This document shows, in pieces, positions 1 through 9,373 of a DNA stretch of 57,391 bases (positions within the stretch are counted from its first letter, which is position 1; every line of letters starts with the position of its first letter). This DNA comes from a bacterium (GTDB lineage Bacteria > Patescibacteriota > Minisyncoccia > UBA6257 > GWB1-50-10): positions 2,225-59,615 of the forward strand of contig JAKAHO010000001.1 of NCBI GenBank assembly GCA_021814835.1. Reading direction: 5' to 3'. A model generated the notes under the pieces. That model had not been told where the DNA came from and ran no database searches. It saw only the letters and a list, made by a program, of their open reading frames with translations. A program made the position numbers and the translations under genes.

Positions 1-1446
1 AAAGCGGAAAAAGGCGATATCCAAAGCATTATAAACGCCCGCGGAGAAGTCGTTGCGCAAAAAGAATTCAATCTCGAGTTTCCTTATTCGGGAATAGTTG
101 AAAACGTATACGCGCAGGACGGAAATAAAGTCCAAGCAGGAGACCCTCTATTGAAGCTTGAAACCAAAGAGCTTGATCTCGACCTCGCTCGCCTCCAGGC
201 CGTATTGCAGCAAGCCGAGGCAAATCTCCGCAAACTTCAAGCGGGCGCAACGCTTCAGGACGAAAATGTTTCCCGTGCAAACGTTGCGAGCGCGCAAGCC
301 GCGCTCGACAGCGCAAAGGGAGGCCTCATCGCTGCAATTACGGATGCATATACGCGTTCCGATGATACGGTGCGCAATAAAATTGATCCGTTATTCCTGA
401 ATCCCAGAACAGCCCCCCAGCTTTCTTTTCAAATCAGCGATCAGCAGTTAAAAACGGATATTGAAGCGCTTCGTCTTACAATCGAATCAAAATTGAATGA
501 TTGGTCGGATTCGTTAAAAACTATCGATGCGTCCGGCGACCTCTCCGCATTCGGAGTTAGCGCAAATGCAAACCTTACACTCGTGCGCGCACTCTGCGAT
601 AAAACAACGATTCTCTTGAATACGCTGACCGCAAATACACAGCTCACGCAGACGACCATTGATACGTGGCGGGCGAATGTGTCGGCGGGCAGGCTGGCAG
701 TGGGGCTTGCAGTAACGGCGCTCTCGGCCGCTGAAGAAAAGGTATCAGGCGCGCAATCCGCCCTCTCAATCGCGCAGAATCAGCTCTCGCTTAAACAGGC
801 GGGAACACGTGAAGAAGAAATTGCAGCAGCAAGGGCGCAGGTTGATGAAGTAAACAGCGAAATTGCCGCCACACAGGATAAGATTGCAAAAGCGACGCTC
901 TATGCGCCCGCCTCGGCGATTGTTACGAAGGTATACCTTGAGCAAAAAGAAATATTTACGCCGGGAACTCCCGCGATATCGCTCTCCGTAGACGCGTTGA
1001 AACTCCAGTCAGACATCTCCGAGCTTGATATCGGAAAGCTCAGAATGAACGGCGGACTTGATGTGAATATAAAATTCGATGCGTTTCCCGATAATACGTA
1101 TGTAGGAAAACTCTTATCGATAGATGCCAAGGAAATAATCAAGGAGGGTGATACATTCTACCGCGCAAACATCTTTTTCGATCCATCTGTGGCGCAAAAG
1201 GACGGCAATATTGTGCGCGCAGGAATGAGCGCCGATCTTAAAATTATCGCGGAAACGAAGAAGAATGCGGTGAAAATTTCAGGGATAGCCGTATATAAGA
1301 AGGGGGAAAAATCATATGTACAAGTCGTGAATGGAACAACAATCACGGAGACCGAGGTAAAAACGGGCGTTTCGGACGGTGAAAATATCGAAATTATTGA
1401 GGGGCTAAAAGAAGGCCAGTATGTCCGCGTTTCGGGCAATCAATAG
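1..1446 (+). CDS. HlyD/MacA-family periplasmic adaptor (membrane fusion protein), 5' end outside window
   Basis: Frame 1 is open from nt 1 (..EFPYSGIVENVYAQDGNKVQAGDPLLKL, a lipoyl-like hairpin). It has an Ala/Gln-rich coiled coil and a C-terminal beta-barrel segment. It is followed directly by an ABC ATPase and an FtsX-type permease. Confidence 0.85.
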   Translation, partial: KAEKGDIQSIINARGEVVAQKEFNLEFPYSGIVENVYAQDGNKVQAGDPLLKLETKELDLDLARLQAVLQQAEANLRKLQAGATLQDENVSRANVASAQAALDSAKGGLIAAITDAYTRSDDTVRNKIDPLFLNPRTAPQLSFQISDQQLKTDIEALRLTIESKLNDWSDSLKTIDASGDLSAFGVSANANLTLVRALCDKTTILLNTLTANTQLTQTTIDTWRANVSAGRLAVGLAVTALSAAEEKVSGAQSALSIAQNQLSLKQAGTREEEIAAARAQVDEVNSEIAATQDKIAKATLYAPASAIVTKVYLEQKEIFTPGTPAISLSVDALKLQSDISELDIGKLRMNGGLDVNIKFDAFPDNTYVGKLLSIDAKEIIKEGDTFYRANIFFDPSVAQKDGNIVRAGMSADLKIIAETKKNAVKISGIAVYKKGEKSYVQVVNGTTITETEVKTGVSDGENIEIIEGLKEGQYVRVSGNQ

Positions 1447-1451
1447 GCTTC

Positions 1452-2327
1452 ATGCACAGCGAACACGAAAGAATGGAGTCGAAAATAGACTTGGTGTGCG
1501 GTATGCACCTCAAGGAATTTCCGCACGCGTTAACCTGCGCATACAAGGGAAAACATTATCACTTTTGCGGTGAGGGATGTTTTGAGCGTTTTAAAAAAAA
1601 TCCCGAAAAATATCTTGGCGTGCCCTTCATTCATCTCGAGGGAGTATATAAATCCTTCGGGCATGGCGCATCGCAAACGTCAATTTTAAAAGGAGTCGAC
1701 GTTCATATTTGGGAAGGAGATTTTGTTTCAATTATCGGCCCGAGCGGTTCAGGTAAGAGCACGCTCCTCAATATGATGGGTCTCCTCGACAAACCGACAA
1801 AAGGAAAGGTACTGGTACGCGGAAAAGACGCTTCAAAGCTTACTGATGATGCGGCGGCGGAACTGCGCTCGACCGTCTTCGGTTTTGTATTCCAGCAATA
1901 CAACCTGATTCCATGGCTCAATGCATATGAGAATGCGACAATCCCGCTCGTGTTTTCAGGCCACGCTGATGATATTGCGCGCCGCAAACTTCTCGATAAA
2001 AGATTTAAAGAAGTGGGCTTGGGCGAACGAATGACGCACAAACCAACGGAACTTTCGGGGGGTGAGCAGCAGCGCGTTGCGCTTCTTCGTGCACTCGTAA
2101 ACGATCCCGCGATATTGTTCGGAGACGAACCGACGGGAAACCTCGATTCAAAAACGGGCAATATGCTGCTTGATTCGCTGATTGAACTGAACCGCACGCA
2201 AGGAAAAACGCTGGTGATAGTCACGCACGATAAGGACATTGCCGAACGCGCCGATGAAATAATTACCGTACGCGACGGCGTACTCGTGCCCGACCACCAC
2301 GTGCATAAAGCAACCTATACCGAATAA
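1452..2327 (+). CDS. ABC transporter ATP-binding protein (MacB/LolD-like) with N-terminal YHS/TRASH metal-binding domain
   Basis: CGM..YKGKHYHFCGEGCFERFKKNPEKY matches the YHS signature. It is followed by Walker A GPSGSGKST, signature LSGGEQQRVALLRAL and Walker B LFGDEPTGNLD. Confidence 0.9.
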   Translation: MHSEHERMESKIDLVCGMHLKEFPHALTCAYKGKHYHFCGEGCFERFKKNPEKYLGVPFIHLEGVYKSFGHGASQTSILKGVDVHIWEGDFVSIIGPSGSGKSTLLNMMGLLDKPTKGKVLVRGKDASKLTDDAAAELRSTVFGFVFQQYNLIPWLNAYENATIPLVFSGHADDIARRKLLDKRFKEVGLGERMTHKPTELSGGEQQRVALLRALVNDPAILFGDEPTGNLDSKTGNMLLDSLIELNRTQGKTLVIVTHDKDIAERADEIITVRDGVLVPDHHVHKATYTE

Positions 2328-3532
2328 TGCTTAAACAATCGATTATTCTTGTACTGAAGGGGATCCGATACCGTGGCATGCGGAGCTTCCTCACCGTGCT
2401 CGGTATCGTTATCGCAGTAATGCTCGTTGTTTGTATTTTTGCGTTGGGTTCGGGTGTACAAAGCGCTGCATCAAAAATGCTCAGCATGTTCGGCTCGGAT
2501 ATGATTGCGCTGATGCCCGGAAAAGAAACTAATCCCATAAGCGGACTTTTTGGAGACCGGCGGTTCAGGGAAAGAGATATTACCGCGCTTAATTCGATTC
2601 CCGGAGTGCGGTTTGCTTCGCCTGTTGATATTGCGGCCTTCAATACCGAATTCAACGGCGAAAAAGAAACAATAATGGTGCACGCAGTTAAGTGGCGTGA
2701 AATGCGGGTTGTGTTCGAAGAAATGCAGGGATTGAAACTTACTGAAGGAACATGGCCGACAAATGACACAGAAAGCAAGGTGGTGCTCGGATACACGGCA
2801 GCAAATGAACTTTTTAAGCGCGGGGTTCACGCAGGCGACGAAATTATTTTTGGCGCATCAAAGCGCATAATGGTTTCCGGAGTACTCGACAAAACAGGAA
2901 GTCGGGATGATGACAATTCGGCATATATGTCATTCGACAATTTTCATATGCTGACCGACAGACGAGGGGCTATTTCCGCAATGGTCAAAATTCTTCCGGG
3001 ATACAATATTGAAATTATTGCGCGTCAAATCCGCGCGGAACTCGCAAAGCAGGAAGTAGTGCGCGACTTCACGGTGCTCACTTCAAAAAAAGTGAATCAG
3101 CTCGTAGGCGACATTCTCGGCATGATCGAATTCGTGCTGGTGGTGATTGCGCTTGTCTCACTGCTCGTCGGCGCGGTGGGTATTACGAATACTATGTATA
3201 CGTCCGTGCTTGAACGCACAAAGCAAATCGGCGTACTGAAAGCCATAGGCGCGTCGAGCGAAAACATTCTCTCAATGTTCCTCATAGAAGCAGGTTTTAT
3301 CGGACTTTTTGGAGGAATTGTGGGGCTTGTCACCGGCATTTTAAGTGCGTATCTTATCGGGCTCTCTGCTACAACATTTGGCATCAGCAATCTCTTCTCA
3401 TTTGCGGCGCTCGATTATCTGGGACTCTTCGTAATTCTTGTGATAACATTTGTAACAGGAATGATGGCGGGCTACTTCCCGGCGCGGCGAGCATCAAAAA
3501 TGGAGGCCGCAGAAGCGCTCCGTTACGAATAA
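2327..3532 (+). CDS. ABC transporter permease, FtsX/MacB family
   Basis: N-terminal TM helix, large extracytoplasmic domain and a C-terminal 3-TM FtsX-like block. TAATG overlap with the upstream ATPase gene. Confidence 0.85.
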   Translation: MLKQSIILVLKGIRYRGMRSFLTVLGIVIAVMLVVCIFALGSGVQSAASKMLSMFGSDMIALMPGKETNPISGLFGDRRFRERDITALNSIPGVRFASPVDIAAFNTEFNGEKETIMVHAVKWREMRVVFEEMQGLKLTEGTWPTNDTESKVVLGYTAANELFKRGVHAGDEIIFGASKRIMVSGVLDKTGSRDDDNSAYMSFDNFHMLTDRRGAISAMVKILPGYNIEIIARQIRAELAKQEVVRDFTVLTSKKVNQLVGDILGMIEFVLVVIALVSLLVGAVGITNTMYTSVLERTKQIGVLKAIGASSENILSMFLIEAGFIGLFGGIVGLVTGILSAYLIGLSATTFGISNLFSFAALDYLGLFVILVITFVTGMMAGYFPARRASKMEAAEALRYE

Positions 3533-3533
3533 C

Positions 3534-4244
3534 ATGAAACTACATCGCATTGAATGGAATAAGGTAACGCGTTTCTCAAAATTGGTTGCGCTCGCAATGC
3601 TCGTAGTGTTGCCGTTTTCAGGGTTCGGTCTTGGAGCGTGGTATGGCATTGTGCGCGGAAAAACATTAATAAAAGAACCATCGGTCTCGATAAGCGCCGC
3701 AACCGCGCTTCAAATGAAAAGCGAAACGTGGGTAGACCAGCAGATTCCGGGCCTCACGTTTACGTTCAAAACGCCGATTGATATCCAGCCCGCAGAAATG
3801 GGAAGGTCAGAAACAACCGATTGGCGGCGCGACAGCAACGGCACAAACGGAATGAGTTATTTGCGCATAGAGGTGCCGAAACTTTTTGAGCCGATGTCCA
3901 ACTTCCAAGATGCGGAACTCACGGTCGGTTCAAGCGATGATGCGTCTGCAGTCGCAAATTGTCTGCAGTATCAACAGACGGGAGGCGGGTTAGGCGGTGT
4001 AACAAACGAAACGATACATGGTACTGATTTCCGAGTGTATAGCAGTTCAGACGCGGGAGCGGGAAATAGATACTATCAAACAAGTTACCGCACCATTCTT
4101 AACGGTTCGTGTTACGCAATCGAATATCTTATTCATTCAACCGCGCTCGGAAACTACCCCGAAGAGTTCGGACTGCACGAATTCAACATCGAACGCGTGA
4201 AAGCGCTTCTTGAGGGAATTGTGCATTCATTTTCGTTCAGATAA
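3534..4244 (+). CDS. hypothetical membrane-anchored protein
   Basis: Single N-terminal TM helix (LVALAMLVVLPFSGFGLGAWYG). No recognisable domain. Tightly packed behind the permease gene. Confidence 0.55.
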   Translation: MKLHRIEWNKVTRFSKLVALAMLVVLPFSGFGLGAWYGIVRGKTLIKEPSVSISAATALQMKSETWVDQQIPGLTFTFKTPIDIQPAEMGRSETTDWRRDSNGTNGMSYLRIEVPKLFEPMSNFQDAELTVGSSDDASAVANCLQYQQTGGGLGGVTNETIHGTDFRVYSSSDAGAGNRYYQTSYRTILNGSCYAIEYLIHSTALGNYPEEFGLHEFNIERVKALLEGIVHSFSFR

Positions 4245-4293
4245 GGGTTAGGGAAGGCGGATAGACCGCATACTATCTTTATTTCTGTCAACG

Positions 4294-4302
4294 TGCTAGA
4301 AT
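4294..4302 (+). promoter_or_regulatory. extended -10 promoter TGcTAGAAT, near-leaderless geometry
   Basis: 10 nt between TAGAAT and ATG 4313. Confidence 0.5.
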
Positions 4303-4312
4303 GCCCCAACAA

Positions 4313-5662
4313 ATGAATACTAATGAAAAGAGGTTCGCGGAGCTCGGTATAGCCCCCGGAATCCTCTCTGTAATCGAAAAATTGGGCTTTAAAGCGCCCA
4401 CCCCTATCCAAGGGCAGTCTATCCCTGTGGGTATCGAAGGAAAGGACGTAATGGGCATTGCTCAGACCGGCACAGGCAAAACGCTTGCGTTCGGCATTCC
4501 TATGATTCAGCGCGTGCTCTCAGGAGTAGGCCGCGGTCTTGTGATTGTGCCGACGCGCGAACTCGCGCTTCAGGTTGCGGAATCATTGCATGCGGTCGGA
4601 AGCCCTCTTGGCGTTAAATTTACCGTATTAATCGGCGGCGAACCGATGCAACGCCAGCTCCGCAGCTTGGCACGCAAACCCGACATCCTTATCTGCACGC
4701 CGGGAAGAATGATTGATCACCTCGACCAAAAAACAGTCTCACTCGAAAAAGTGCGCACGCTCGTCCTCGATGAAGCGGACAGGATGCTTGATATGGGTTT
4801 TGCGCCTCAGTTGAAACAGATTTTGCAGACAGTTCCCAAGGAACGCCAGACCATGCTTTTCTCGGCGACGATGCCTGATGAAATCGTGCACATTGCGCGC
4901 ACGTATATGCAGCTTCCGATTCGTGTTGAAATCGCGCGTCAGGGAAGTACCGCAAAGGACGTCACGCAAGAATTGTTCTTTGTGTCGCAGGAAGATAAAT
5001 CGCGTCTTTTGGAAAAGATTCTTCAGGATTATAAGGGTTCAGTGCTTGTCTTTTCGCGCACGAAACACAATGCAAAACGCATTGCGGCGACGGTTCGCTT
5101 CTTGGGCCACACTGCCACCGAGATTCACTCGAACCGCTCGCTCGGACAGCGCACAGAAGCGCTTGCGGGATTTAAGACAGGAAAATACCGCGTACTCGTG
5201 GCAACCGATATCGCGGCCCGTGGCATCGACGTAAACAATATTGAGCTCGTTATTAACTACGATCTTCCTGAAAATCCGGAAGATTATGTGCACCGCATCG
5301 GCAGAACCGGCCGCGCAGGTGCAAGCGGCCACGCAATCTCATTTGCGCGCTCAAACCAGCGCGATGACGTCCGCTCTATCGAGCGCCTCGTCCGCTCAAC
5401 GCTTCCGGTTTCAAAACTTCCAGAACTTCCGAGGCCGTTGCCGGGTGTAAAAACCGGAATTCCCGATGAACGTCCGGAACGTCGCCAGATGCGCCGCTTC
5501 CCGCATATGGATCGCAGTCAGAGCCGTACCCGTGTTAAAGTGGAGGGTTCGAGGAGTGCTGAGCTCCAGCAAAACGGCTACGCGCGAAGGCATGCAGAAG
5601 GCCCGAAGCGCACACCCCGTTTCCGCAGCCGCGGACCGCGCAGAGAAAGATTCGGACGATAA
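4313..5662 (+). CDS. DEAD-box ATP-dependent RNA helicase with Arg-rich C-terminal tail
   Basis: Motifs AQTGTGKT, PTRELA, DEAD, SAT and HRIGRTGRAG. Start moved to the second ATG (4313) because 4297-4302 TAGAAT looks like the -10 box; the ORF-track start is 4301. Confidence 0.9.
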   Translation: MNTNEKRFAELGIAPGILSVIEKLGFKAPTPIQGQSIPVGIEGKDVMGIAQTGTGKTLAFGIPMIQRVLSGVGRGLVIVPTRELALQVAESLHAVGSPLGVKFTVLIGGEPMQRQLRSLARKPDILICTPGRMIDHLDQKTVSLEKVRTLVLDEADRMLDMGFAPQLKQILQTVPKERQTMLFSATMPDEIVHIARTYMQLPIRVEIARQGSTAKDVTQELFFVSQEDKSRLLEKILQDYKGSVLVFSRTKHNAKRIAATVRFLGHTATEIHSNRSLGQRTEALAGFKTGKYRVLVATDIAARGIDVNNIELVINYDLPENPEDYVHRIGRTGRAGASGHAISFARSNQRDDVRSIERLVRSTLPVSKLPELPRPLPGVKTGIPDERPERRQMRRFPHMDRSQSRTRVKVEGSRSAELQQNGYARRHAEGPKRTPRFRSRGPRRERFGR

Positions 5663-5669
5663 CAAGATT

Positions 5670-5699
5670 CCCCGCCTATCTGATAGGCGGGGAATTTTA
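5670..5699 (+). terminator. rho-independent terminator
   Basis: CCCCGCCTA/TAGGCGGGG stem followed by AATTTT. Confidence 0.75.
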
Positions 5700-5791
5700 A
5701 ATTCATAATTTTCAATTTTCAAACACCGACAATCAAGAAGTATCCGCCTCTTATTCCGTCATTGGAAATTGAAAATTTGTCATTCAAGATT

Positions 5792-5817
5792 TCAGCCCTT
5801 CCGGCAGGAAGGGCTGA
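5792..5817. terminator. terminator-like hairpin 7 nt past the ABC-F stop codon
   Basis: TCAGCCCTTCC/GGAAGGGCTGA stem. The U-tract is weak on both strands. Confidence 0.5.
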
Positions 5818-5823
5818 ACACTT

Positions 5824-7275
5824 TTATTCTTTTGCGAGGTCGAACGTTTCGTCGATGCGTATCTGGCTCACGAACTCGGGGACGTGGCTTACAAGCACCA
5901 TCGCGCCGTCATACTTATTGAGCGCCGCCGCGATTACAGGGAGATGGCGGAAATTCATATGGTTCGTCGGCTCGTCCAAGATAAGGAGTCCAGGGCGGAG
6001 AAGCACCAATTGCGCCATCGCAACAAGTCCCTTCTGGCCTTCTGAGAGCGTACCGATTTTCTTTTTCATCACATTTTCGTCGATAAGGAAGCCCGCCGCA
6101 GTGGAGCGGAGCTCAAGTTCGGTAATTCTGTCCATAACTGACGCGAGTGCGTTGTAGACGGTATCTTCAAAGTTAAGCGTCGAAAAATCCTGACGGTAAT
6201 AGCCGACGCGGACGCCCTCCTGAATAGAAGAACCCTTCCCTCCGCGGGCGATAGACTCAAGCAATGTGCTCTTGCCGATGCCGTTGGGGCCCGAGAGTAA
6301 AAGGTGCGTATTCTTCTTTATCGCAATATTGGCTTTTTTATTGACGGGTTTATGATTCTTAAAAATCGTATATGAAGCAATTTTCAAAATATCGCCGATA
6401 AGTTCGGGCTGGGAGGGGATTACGAAAGGCCTGATGGTCTTATCTTCCTTGCGGACATCGACAATCTGTTCCTCCATTTCCTCAACCTTCTCCCTCATTT
6501 TCTTTGCAACAAGACGCATCTGTCCGCCTTTATGCGCGAAAAAGTTCGCCTTTTCCTTGTTCGCCTGAATTTCTTTTTCGAGAAGCGCGTTTTTGCGGTT
6601 TTCTTTCTCAATACGCAACGTAATATCGGCGACCACGTTCGTGTAGTTGCCGACGTACTGCTCAACTTTGCGCGTATGCAAATCGAGGTAGAGCACGCCC
6701 TGCGTAAACGCGTTCAAAAATTGCGCATCGTGTGAAATAACAATGAGCGTTTTCTTATATTCAACGAGGAATTTCGTAAGGTGCGCGATGCCTTCCTTGT
6801 CGAGGTTGTTTGTCGGCTCATCAAGAAGGAGCAAATCGGGCGCCTGAATAAGCGCGGACGCAAGAAGCAGGCGCGCCTGCTGGCCGCCAGAAAATGACTT
6901 TACAATCCTGTCGTGTGGCGCCGAGAGATTCACCACTTCAAGCACCTCATCAATGAGCGGATCGATATTGTAGACCTTCTTATCAAAACGCTTTTCAAAA
7001 AATTCACGGATAGTAAGTTCGAGCTCATCGCGGGGAATAACTTGGCGCGCGGTAGCAATAGTCATTCCGTTTGCAACGTGAACAGAACCCGATTCAGGAT
7101 GAATCGCTTTGGTAATAAGTTTAAAAATAGTGCTCTTGCCTGCACCGTTCTGACCCATAAGCGTCACCTTCCAACCCTTGCGCACGCCAAATGACACCTC
7201 ATCCAAAATGGGGTGATGGGGTCCGTACTCGTACGAAACCTTGTCAAAACGCAATATGACCTCGTCGTTTGCCAT
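5824..7275 (-). CDS. ABC-F family ATPase (two ABC cassettes, no TM domain)
   Basis: First cassette GQNGAGKST / LSGGQQARLLLA / LLLDEPTNNLD; second cassette GPNGIGKSTL / LSEGQKGLVAMA / LILDEPTNHM. Start trimmed to ATG 7275 (MANDEVILRFDKV..), because the 86-codon upstream extension overlaps the divergent gene. Confidence 0.9.
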   Translation of the reverse strand: MANDEVILRFDKVSYEYGPHHPILDEVSFGVRKGWKVTLMGQNGAGKSTIFKLITKAIHPESGSVHVANGMTIATARQVIPRDELELTIREFFEKRFDKKVYNIDPLIDEVLEVVNLSAPHDRIVKSFSGGQQARLLLASALIQAPDLLLLDEPTNNLDKEGIAHLTKFLVEYKKTLIVISHDAQFLNAFTQGVLYLDLHTRKVEQYVGNYTNVVADITLRIEKENRKNALLEKEIQANKEKANFFAHKGGQMRLVAKKMREKVEEMEEQIVDVRKEDKTIRPFVIPSQPELIGDILKIASYTIFKNHKPVNKKANIAIKKNTHLLLSGPNGIGKSTLLESIARGGKGSSIQEGVRVGYYRQDFSTLNFEDTVYNALASVMDRITELELRSTAAGFLIDENVMKKKIGTLSEGQKGLVAMAQLVLLRPGLLILDEPTNHMNFRHLPVIAAALNKYDGAMVLVSHVPEFVSQIRIDETFDLAKE

Positions 7276-7342
7276 AGTTTTTACTGGTGCTTCATTGTGC
7301 CAGATATTTGCCGTTTTGTCACTATTCCGTACAATGGTGGGT

Positions 7343-8611
7343 ATGCAGAAAAGGAAGGAGTGGGACGTTGCGGTAATAGGCGGGGGACCATCAGGTATGA
7401 TGGCGGCAGGCAGGGCGGCCGAACTGGGCGCCCGGGTAATTTTGCTTGAGAAAAATGCCGTCCTTGGCAAGAAGCTTTTAATATCAGGCGGAGGCAGGTG
7501 CAACTTTACGAATGCAGAATTCGACACGCGCACGCTCCTTTCGAAATTCAGAAAGGCGAGCGACTTCCTCCATTCACCGTTTTCTCAGTTCGGCGTGAAA
7601 GAAGCCATTGCATTTTTTGAGCAATACGGCAGTCCGCACAAAATTGAGGAGGGAAAACGCGCATTTCCTGCGAGCAATAAATCATCCTCAATCCGCGATG
7701 CGCTAGTTTCGTATATGAAGAAAGGGGGAGTCGCAATATCAACAGAAAGCGCTGTTAAAAGCATTACGCGCGACAAAACAAGCATAACCGGGCTCGAACT
7801 CGAAAACGGAGAAACAATACACGCACGCGCAATTGTTGTTGCAACGGGAGGATTATCGCGACCCGATACGGGCTCTACGGGAGACGGTTTCGCGTGGCTC
7901 TCGGACATCGGCCACACGATTGCGAAACCCGATCCGTCGCTTGTGCCAATTGCCATAACCGACGTCTGGGTAAAAGCGCTTCAGGGCGTGACCCTAAACG
8001 ACATAAAACTCTCCGTTATACAGAACGGCAAAAAACAACTTTCAAAGAAGGGGAGGATTCTTTTCACGCACTTTGGAGTAAGCGGTCCCACTATCATCAA
8101 TATGAGCAAGGACATCGGCGAGCTTCTTGGATACGGCCCCGTTGAAATTCTTCTTGATATCCAGCCGGCGCTCGACCACGGAATGTTGAACGAAAAACTG
8201 CAGGAAATCTTTAAAACGAACAGCAATAAGATATTTAAAAGCGTGGTCGGCGAGCTTGTTCCTGTGGCGGCGCTTGCGCCGATAGTTATGTCGCTATCCG
8301 AAATTCGTCCTGACACGTTTTGCCACAGCATTACGCGCGAAGAGCGTATGAAGCTTATTGCGACATTGAAAGCGTTGCCGATGCACGTGGAACACCTCTT
8401 GGGAAGCGACAAGGCAATTGTGACAAGCGGCGGCGTGCCGCTCACTGAAGTTGATACGCGCGCAATGCGTTCGTTGAAATACAACAATCTCTATCTTACG
8501 GGTGATATTTTGGATATCGACAGACCCTCGGGCGGCTTCAGTCTTCAGCTCTGTTGGACGAGCGGATATGTCGCGGGTACGCATGCTGCGGAACAAATAA
8601 AGAGAAAATAA
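7343..8611 (+). CDS. HI0933/BaiN/YhiN-family FAD-dependent oxidoreductase
   Basis: DVAVIGGGPSGMMAAGRAAELG dinucleotide-binding fold and LLISGGGRCNFTN family signature. Start trimmed to ATG 7343 (7334 also possible). Confidence 0.85.
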   Translation: MQKRKEWDVAVIGGGPSGMMAAGRAAELGARVILLEKNAVLGKKLLISGGGRCNFTNAEFDTRTLLSKFRKASDFLHSPFSQFGVKEAIAFFEQYGSPHKIEEGKRAFPASNKSSSIRDALVSYMKKGGVAISTESAVKSITRDKTSITGLELENGETIHARAIVVATGGLSRPDTGSTGDGFAWLSDIGHTIAKPDPSLVPIAITDVWVKALQGVTLNDIKLSVIQNGKKQLSKKGRILFTHFGVSGPTIINMSKDIGELLGYGPVEILLDIQPALDHGMLNEKLQEIFKTNSNKIFKSVVGELVPVAALAPIVMSLSEIRPDTFCHSITREERMKLIATLKALPMHVEHLLGSDKAIVTSGGVPLTEVDTRAMRSLKYNNLYLTGDILDIDRPSGGFSLQLCWTSGYVAGTHAAEQIKRK

Positions 8612-8640
8612 AAAACTCCCGCATTCGCGGGAATTTTTCT
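8612..8640. terminator. bidirectional rho-independent terminator
   Basis: TCCCGC/GCGGGA stem flanked by AAAAA and TTTTT. Confidence 0.75.
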
Positions 8641-8643
8641 TTA

Positions 8644-9282
8644 CTAGTTTATTTCAACAATCACATCTTCTTTTGCAAACCGCGATTTTGGTTCATTCGC
8701 ATGCGTATCCTCGGCTGATCTGAAGCCGAGCGCAACGCACACCACGGATTCAAGTCCGCGAGACTTAAAGTTCAAAATTTCATCGAACTTTGCGGAGTCA
8801 AAGCCCTCCATGGGACACGCATCAATCTTTTCTGCCGCAGCGGCGGTAAGTACAACGCCGAGCGCGATATATGCTTGATTACGCACCCACGCCTTCAAGG
8901 CATCGGAAGTTTTCATCTTCATAAAGCCCTTCATTGTTTTCTCATGAGCTCCGAGCTTCGCATCATCAATCGAAGGATTGTCCTTTTTCATTGATGCGAG
9001 ATGCGCGTCTACGAGCGACTCATCGGGAACGGAAGGAACAGTAATAACAATGAAATGGGAAGCATCCGTAACCTGCGTCTGGTTCCACGCGGCCGCTTTC
9101 AATTGCTCGCGCGTTGCGGGGTTATTCACCACCACAAATTTCCATGGCTGAATGCCGAATGAGGAAGGCGCAAGCCGCAATGCTTCAAGCATCGCATCAA
9201 TCTGTCCTTCTGAAAGTTTCTTTTGCGCATCAAACTTTTTGGTTGCATAGCGCCACTGCAACGCTTTTATAATAGTGTTCAT
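8644..9282 (-). CDS. NAD(P)H nitroreductase family protein
   Basis: RYATKKFD and APSSFGIQPWKFVVV motifs, about 210 aa. A TAGAAT -10 box sits 8 nt upstream of the ATG. Confidence 0.85.
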   Translation of the reverse strand: MNTIIKALQWRYATKKFDAQKKLSEGQIDAMLEALRLAPSSFGIQPWKFVVVNNPATREQLKAAAWNQTQVTDASHFIVITVPSVPDESLVDAHLASMKKDNPSIDDAKLGAHEKTMKGFMKMKTSDALKAWVRNQAYIALGVVLTAAAAEKIDACPMEGFDSAKFDEILNFKSRGLESVVCVALGFRSAEDTHANEPKSRFAKEDVIVEIN

Positions 9283-9319
9283 ACCCCATCATTCTACTCT
9301 TCACGACTCTTAGAAACAA

Positions 9320-9354
9320 TAAAAAAATCCGCATACTCTATTGAGTATGCGGAT
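9320..9354 (-). terminator. rho-independent terminator of the arginine kinase gene
   Basis: 12-bp stem ATCCGCATACTC/GAGTATGCGGAT followed by TTTTTTT on the minus strand. Confidence 0.8.
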
Positions 9355-9373
9355 GAGATTCAGATACGGAAGG

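Noticed and set aside
3534-3556. The first roughly 20 nt of ORF 3534 (ATGAAACTACATCGCATTG) resemble the ychF start (ATGAAACTATCCATCGGCATTG). Could this be another element boundary?
   Set aside because: There is no CCCGTTAGAG/CTCTAACGGG arm nearby and the similarity needs indels. It is most likely a chance resemblance between two Lys/Leu-rich N-termini.
5824-7533. The ORF-track versions of the ABC-F gene (to 7533) and the oxidoreductase gene (from 7241) overlap head to head by about 290 nt.
   Set aside because: Both overlaps are N-terminal extensions with no homology. The conserved domains begin at MANDEVILRF (ATG 7275) and MQKRKEWDVAVIGGG (ATG 7343), which leaves a normal 67-nt divergent intergenic region.
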